Shown here: positions 54,685 through 58,412 of the stretch, piece after piece
Position numbering within the stretch: the stretch's first letter is position 1
Layout of the letters: every line of letters starts with the position of its first letter
Virus record (IMG/VR): IMGVR_UViG_3300042934_000302
Coordinates: 1-58,412 of that record
Direction: 5' to 3' (one strand)
DNA from: a virus
Taxonomy: Duplodnaviria > Caudoviricetes
DNA length: 58,412 nt
Position numbers and translations under genes: made by a program
The notes under the pieces: generated by a model
What the model was told of the DNA's origin: nothing
Databases searched by the model: none
The model's input: only the letters and a program-made list of their open reading frames with translations

Positions 54685-55440
54685 GTGGTTCGAATGGATT
54701 ACGCTAACTCACCGCTCTTACATTTCACCAACGTCACCACACCGCCGGCTACCGGCAGCCCACTCGCCGCTGCGTGTGATGCGTTCAGCGCCCGCCTAAT
54801 CGCCGCAAACATTCCGGTAGACTATTTATCCGCACCGATGATTGACGCTACTGTACAGGTCACAGCGAAGGTTAACGGTCATGTACGAAGTAATGCCGCT
54901 GGGCTGGCCGAATGGCTGCCGAAGTATGAGCGATCATTCGGCGAGAGTACCGCACCAAAATCGTTGTACCTGTTCAGTCGCGGCAAAGGCGTAGGTAAGA
55001 CAGCGACAGCCTGCCGATTGCTGATCGATTATATGGCGACACAATTCGTAGCTGCGTTGAAGGAAGGACGCACGCCACCGCAGAGGATCGGGTACTTCCT
55101 CGACTTAACCGAAATGCAAACGTCTTACAATATCGCGAGCATGACACATGACGATGAGGGCATGGCGCGAATAGGTGAAGTAGTAAAGCGAGTACAGCAC
55201 GCGGAAATGACGGTACTTGATGATGTTGGCGTTCGGTCAGCAACGGAGGCATTCAGGGCATACGTTCATGCCATCGTGAATTATCGGGTTGCGAACGGTA
55301 AGCCAACGATTTATACGAGTAATATCGAGGTTGACGAGTTGGCAAACGTATTTGATGAGCGACTGGCTGACCGTGTGCGCGAGAAGTGTTTCGAGATTAC
55401 ATGGATGGAAAACGATAGTAAACGGGGAATACGTAGTTGA
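54685..55440 (+). CDS. DnaC/IstB-like AAA+ helicase loader
   Basis: GKGVGKT, VLDDVG, NYR, TIYTSN, RLADR. Confidence 0.9.
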   Translation: MVRMDYANSPLLHFTNVTTPPATGSPLAAACDAFSARLIAANIPVDYLSAPMIDATVQVTAKVNGHVRSNAAGLAEWLPKYERSFGESTAPKSLYLFSRGKGVGKTATACRLLIDYMATQFVAALKEGRTPPQRIGYFLDLTEMQTSYNIASMTHDDEGMARIGEVVKRVQHAEMTVLDDVGVRSATEAFRAYVHAIVNYRVANGKPTIYTSNIEVDELANVFDERLADRVREKCFEITWMENDSKRGIRS

Positions 55441-55454
55441 CATCTAAAACGAAG
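55428..55454 (+). repeat. Cassette junction site (entry) AATACGTAG-TTGACATCT-AAAACGAAG
   Basis: 24/27 identical to 16973-16999 (minus strand); contains the loader stop codon. Confidence 0.75.
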
Positions 55455-55466
55455 GAGTGACAAATA

Positions 55467-55727
55467 TTGAAACTTATATGTATCAAATCGGTTCAGATGA
55501 AAGGTGAAAAGAAAGCTGATAGATTTCAAGCGTTCACAAAAGGGAAAAAATACATGGCAAGAAAAGGGATGTTAAAAGGAAAAATGCAAGGTGTAAGCGA
55601 TGATCCCTATGATATAACACCAGTTTTACGAGCAAAAAATGATAACGGAGAAAGTCATATCATTAAGATTATTAAAGACGATTCATTTGATGATTTTTTT
55701 AATGAGCATTTTCAGGAAATCAAGTAA
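55467..55727 (+). CDS. AT-rich hypothetical cassette gene
   Basis: MKLICIKSV...FTKGKKY; RBS aaggag; bounded by junction sites. Confidence 0.75.
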   Translation: MKLICIKSVQMKGEKKADRFQAFTKGKKYMARKGMLKGKMQGVSDDPYDITPVLRAKNDNGESHIIKIIKDDSFDDFFNEHFQEIK

Positions 55728-55752
55728 TTAGCAGTACGACACTAATACGAAA
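55726..55752 (+). repeat. Cassette junction site (exit) AATTAGCAG-TACGACACT-AATACGAAA
   Basis: Overlaps the cassette gene stop; matches 16514-16540. Confidence 0.7.
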
Positions 55753-55769
55753 CAGTTGGGAGGTCGCAT

Positions 55770-56252
55770 ATGAACTGGAAAACAGCAGGATTAATCGGAA
55801 TCACAGCGGCAACCATCACCTATATCATATCGCGTCCGAAGTACCCGACGATCGACGAAACGGAATGGGACGACATAGTTGCCGAATCAGACGGTCCACT
55901 ATTCGAAGTTGGCGATAAAGTTATCGTTACCTGCCCGTATACTACTGAAATGTGGGGTGCTGATAGCGATTTTATTCCGAGAGTGTACGAAGTGTCAGAC
56001 GTACAGTATATCAAGCGTACAGATGCGTACGTATACAAAATTGTCGGGGATGATCGGTGGTATAACGAAAATTGGCTCGTGAAAGATACGTATGGGAGCA
56101 TGACGGTGGATCCGGATGCTATCGACCATGACCGCGAAGTAGTAGACGAGCGGCAGGCAGGGGTTCATCGTACAGCCGAATGGAAATCGAAGTCGGACGA
56201 GTTGCTTGACGAATATAATCGTACGCATGACGACGATGTAAGACGCGAATAG
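55770..56252 (+). CDS. Hypothetical protein with N-terminal hydrophobic segment and SH3-like domain
   Basis: RBS gggagg; FEVGDKV motif. Confidence 0.7.
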   Translation: MNWKTAGLIGITAATITYIISRPKYPTIDETEWDDIVAESDGPLFEVGDKVIVTCPYTTEMWGADSDFIPRVYEVSDVQYIKRTDAYVYKIVGDDRWYNENWLVKDTYGSMTVDPDAIDHDREVVDERQAGVHRTAEWKSKSDELLDEYNRTHDDDVRRE

Positions 56253-56304
56253 TACGAAAGACAACGGGTTAACGAAATGATCGAGGAAATTACGGAAAGG
56301 GGTA

Positions 56305-56646
56305 ATGACGATGACTAACTTGGAGATTGACCGCAAATTGGCGGAAGCGATGGATTACAAAATATTGGCTGCACTTCCATTAGTGATCATAAAAGAAAAG
56401 CCATATCTTACTGCTAGACAATGGTCACCACATTTATATATGGGTGACGCTTGGGAAGTTGCTAAACGACTTGGACTATGTGAGATCCGAAGAGAAGAAA
56501 ATCCATATGCATGGGTAGCAGTTTTCACAGATGGATTTGAAGAAAATCAGCTTCATCAGTCCTTTTCATATCGAGATAAATCAGCACCCATGGCAATATG
56601 CTTAGCGGCGCTGAAAGTTATCGAAGGGAGCAAGAGCGATGAGTGA
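56305..56646 (+). CDS. BC1872/NinX-like (phage ABA sandwich) protein
   Basis: EIDRKLAEAM, WSP...DAWEV, APMAICLAALK. Confidence 0.7.
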   Translation: MTMTNLEIDRKLAEAMDYKILAALPLVIIKEKPYLTARQWSPHLYMGDAWEVAKRLGLCEIRREENPYAWVAVFTDGFEENQLHQSFSYRDKSAPMAICLAALKVIEGSKSDE

Positions 56647-57034
56647 AGATGTGTATGTGTTGAAAAAGAGAATTGATCCAGTTGTTTTAGGCATTTTAAA
56701 CGACGGTGACGCAGTTCCATCATCGCTTATAAAGGTAAGTATCAGAACAATGGAAAATTGTAAGTTTAGAATGGCTGATCTTGATGATATATCTGATTGG
56801 ATCTCTGCACTGAAAAGCGGCAAGAAGATCGTCAATCCGTTGAGTCCAAGGGAAGAACTAGAAATGTATCTTACTGATCGGCAGGAAGAGGCTAAATATC
56901 CGTCGGGAGTTGATGTACGAATTCGAGTAATCGGGATTAAGAAAGGTGTTAAAAAGGCACTTGAAATTATCGCCAAAGAGCATCCAGACGTTGCGGATTG
57001 GCTGAAAGATGAAGGTGAAGCGTATGAGCCGTGA
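56639..57034 (+). CDS. Hypothetical protein
   Basis: Coupled ORF. Confidence 0.65.
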   Translation: MSEDVYVLKKRIDPVVLGILNDGDAVPSSLIKVSIRTMENCKFRMADLDDISDWISALKSGKKIVNPLSPREELEMYLTDRQEEAKYPSGVDVRIRVIGIKKGVKKALEIIAKEHPDVADWLKDEGEAYEP

Positions 57035-57206
57035 TTTATTTGAAATTACTGGTGATATTGAAGAAATTATGAGACACGCAAATGCAATTAATCGTTTGTT
57101 TGAACAGGGAGAAAAAAATATCGATTGGAATCTAGTTGAACGACATGCATCACGTTTGCAAGATTCGGCAGATGGATTATATGACGGGGTGGTTGAAGAT
57201 GCCTGA
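57024..57206 (+). CDS. Hypothetical protein
   Basis: ATG 57024 after aaggtg. Confidence 0.6.
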   Translation: MSRDLFEITGDIEEIMRHANAINRLFEQGEKNIDWNLVERHASRLQDSADGLYDGVVEDA

Positions 57207-57369
57207 TCCATTTCAACAAATTAGAGACCGGTATAGTGAAGCAGATAAGAAGTGGGAAAACGAAGGTAACTCAAATGAGGAAGGATATGCAATGGGCATT
57301 GAATTTGTGGTGTACAAGCTAGATGAATTGTACCCGGGACTAGCAGAAAGGGTGTGGCCGAATGAATGA
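57199..57369 (+). CDS. Hypothetical protein
   Basis: ATG 57199 coupled to the upstream stop. Confidence 0.55.
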   Translation: MPDPFQQIRDRYSEADKKWENEGNSNEEGYAMGIEFVVYKLDELYPGLAERVWPNE

Positions 57370-57488
57370 CGTACCCGATAATCCAATTATCACGCAAATG
57401 GAACGTTATGGCTATACGTTAGATGAGCTACGCGAACAGGAACGATTATGCCGCGAGCAAATAGAACTAGAAAAGGAGGATCGATGGG

Positions 57489-58085
57489 ATGAGCGATACT
57501 GTAACGATTAAAGACACAACCATGCGATTGCTAACGGATTACCAAAATGGAATCGATACTGCAAACGAAATCATACGATTGAACATGCCATTTATTACGT
57601 ATGTGACGTACCGAGCGAAACCGACCAGCATGGAGTTTGACGATGCATTTCAGGAAGCGTCTATCGGCATGTATAAAGCGATCAAGAGTTTCGACTTATC
57701 GAAGGAATACCAGTTTTCTACGTATGCATCGCGTGTGATGGCGAATGAGCTATGGATGGCTGCGCGTAAAGAACCCCGTCGTGCTCGGATCGGTAAGCTG
57801 TTATCGCTCGATTCCGAGATTAAATCGACTGATGATGGTAGCCCACGACTGATCGATTTCATCGTCGCACCTGACCGCGGATTATCCTATCCAGAGATCA
57901 CCGAAATGGTGGCAGATATTACGAGTTGCATGAATGAACGGGATCAATCGGTTATTTATTCATATGTACGTGGATATAGTCAGCATGAGATTGCACGCCA
58001 TGAAGGTATCTCACAGAGTTATATATCGCGGATTATTAATCGATTTAAAGCGCTGATCCATTCGCAGATGGCGGTGGTGTCGTAA
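57489..58085 (+). CDS. Sporulation-type (SigE/SigK/SigF-like) RNA polymerase sigma factor
   Basis: DAFQEASIGMYKAIKSFD...FSTYASRVMANE; YSQHEIARHEGISQSYISRI. Confidence 0.88.
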   Translation: MSDTVTIKDTTMRLLTDYQNGIDTANEIIRLNMPFITYVTYRAKPTSMEFDDAFQEASIGMYKAIKSFDLSKEYQFSTYASRVMANELWMAARKEPRRARIGKLLSLDSEIKSTDDGSPRLIDFIVAPDRGLSYPEITEMVADITSCMNERDQSVIYSYVRGYSQHEIARHEGISQSYISRIINRFKALIHSQMAVVS

Positions 58086-58412
58086 TGTTCGGGCCGGAAA
58101 TTCTTTCGAAAGTTTGCGATGAAAATGATACCGAAGCGTTCACCCGTTATGCCATCGACGCAACCATGTTCGCTACCGATAGCGAGCGCCAGGCATTTAC
58201 GTTTATTAACGATTATGCGTCAGCAAACGGGGGCAAGGCGCCAAGCGCGGATCTCGTAGCTGCGGAAGTACCCGAATTTGCGGCGATTTATATTCCACAT
58301 GTGAGCGATGGGTTTCCGTGGCTAGTCGAACGATTCAAGGATGCGGCCGGCAAGCGCGCATTACAATCACTGTTCGCGACGAAAGCACCCGAAGATTGGC
58401 TGAACGAAAAAT
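58085..58412 (+). CDS. DnaB-like helicase, N-terminal part (continues at window start)
   Basis: TAATG coupling with the sigma gene; open frame MFGPEILSKV... continuous with 3-1121. Confidence 0.85.
   Translation, partial: MFGPEILSKVCDENDTEAFTRYAIDATMFATDSERQAFTFINDYASANGGKAPSADLVAAEVPEFAAIYIPHVSDGFPWLVERFKDAAGKRALQSLFATKAPEDWLNEK
58320..58412 (+). repeat. Terminal overlap, copy 2
   Basis: Identical to 1-93. Confidence 0.97.

Larger units (their letters stand above)
1..58412. mobile_element. Complete temperate myovirus-like phage genome (PBSX/Xkd-type tail), excised circular form, Bacillales host
   Basis: Full set of replication, packaging, head, contractile tail, lysis and integrase modules; end overlap; intact attP; Gram-positive style RBSs (AAGGAGG). 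Confidence 0.95.

Noticed and set aside
55437-55465. TTGACA inside the cassette entry sites as a sigmaA -35
   Set aside because: No acceptable -10 at 17 bp in either copy, the RBS lies within the would-be spacer, and the internal site has TAGATA instead
1012-57862. The many antisense or alternate-frame ORFs in the track (e.g. 1217-1624, 16961-17413, 29032-29592, 35678-36352)
   Set aside because: They lie within well-supported genes, lack RBSs and motifs, and are expected shadow ORFs
58320-58412. 93-bp terminal repeat as a biological direct terminal repeat
   Set aside because: It falls inside the helicase CDS, far from the packaging region, so it is best explained as assembler overlap

Overview
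The window is an apparently complete, circularly assembled temperate phage of a spore-forming Bacillales host. Bases 1-93 repeat exactly at 58320-58412, giving a 58,319-bp circle, and the DnaB-like helicase reads across the join. It has a PBSX/Xkd-type contractile tail, an SPP1-like portal, an SU10/DUF5309-type capsid, a family A DNA polymerase, primase, a DnaC-like loader, RuvC, a dNMP kinase and four free-standing endonucleases. A tyrosine integrase sits next to an intact attP that is the 3' part of a tRNA-Leu(CAA). Several things are missing from the ORF track. (1) A 27-bp degenerate 9-9-9 junction site occurs seven times, exactly at the borders of AT-rich accessory genes: a two-gene mini-array at 16.5-17.0 kb, a single gene at 55.4-55.75 kb, and the tail depolymerase/acetyltransferase block at 43.0-46.0 kb. 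This suggests an integron-like cassette exchange system and is my best candidate for an undescribed system. (2) An arbitrium-type aimR-aimP locus (peptide ending NMADPGGGGL) has a sigma-factor gene where aimX normally lies, with two matching operators and four copies of a TGCGYG-N16-CGTAT promoter motif. (3) Plasmid-like maintenance functions sit alongside the integrase: ParM/ParR, FtsK plus Replic_Relax, a dif-like site, two HTH-initiator/origin-like modules sharing a 39-bp identical block, and a probable antisense RNA upstream of a third rep-like gene. (4) There is a -1 tail-chaperone frameshift and probable non-canonical starts on key late genes. Family assignments come from motif recognition by eye, not database searches, and novelty could not be checked.
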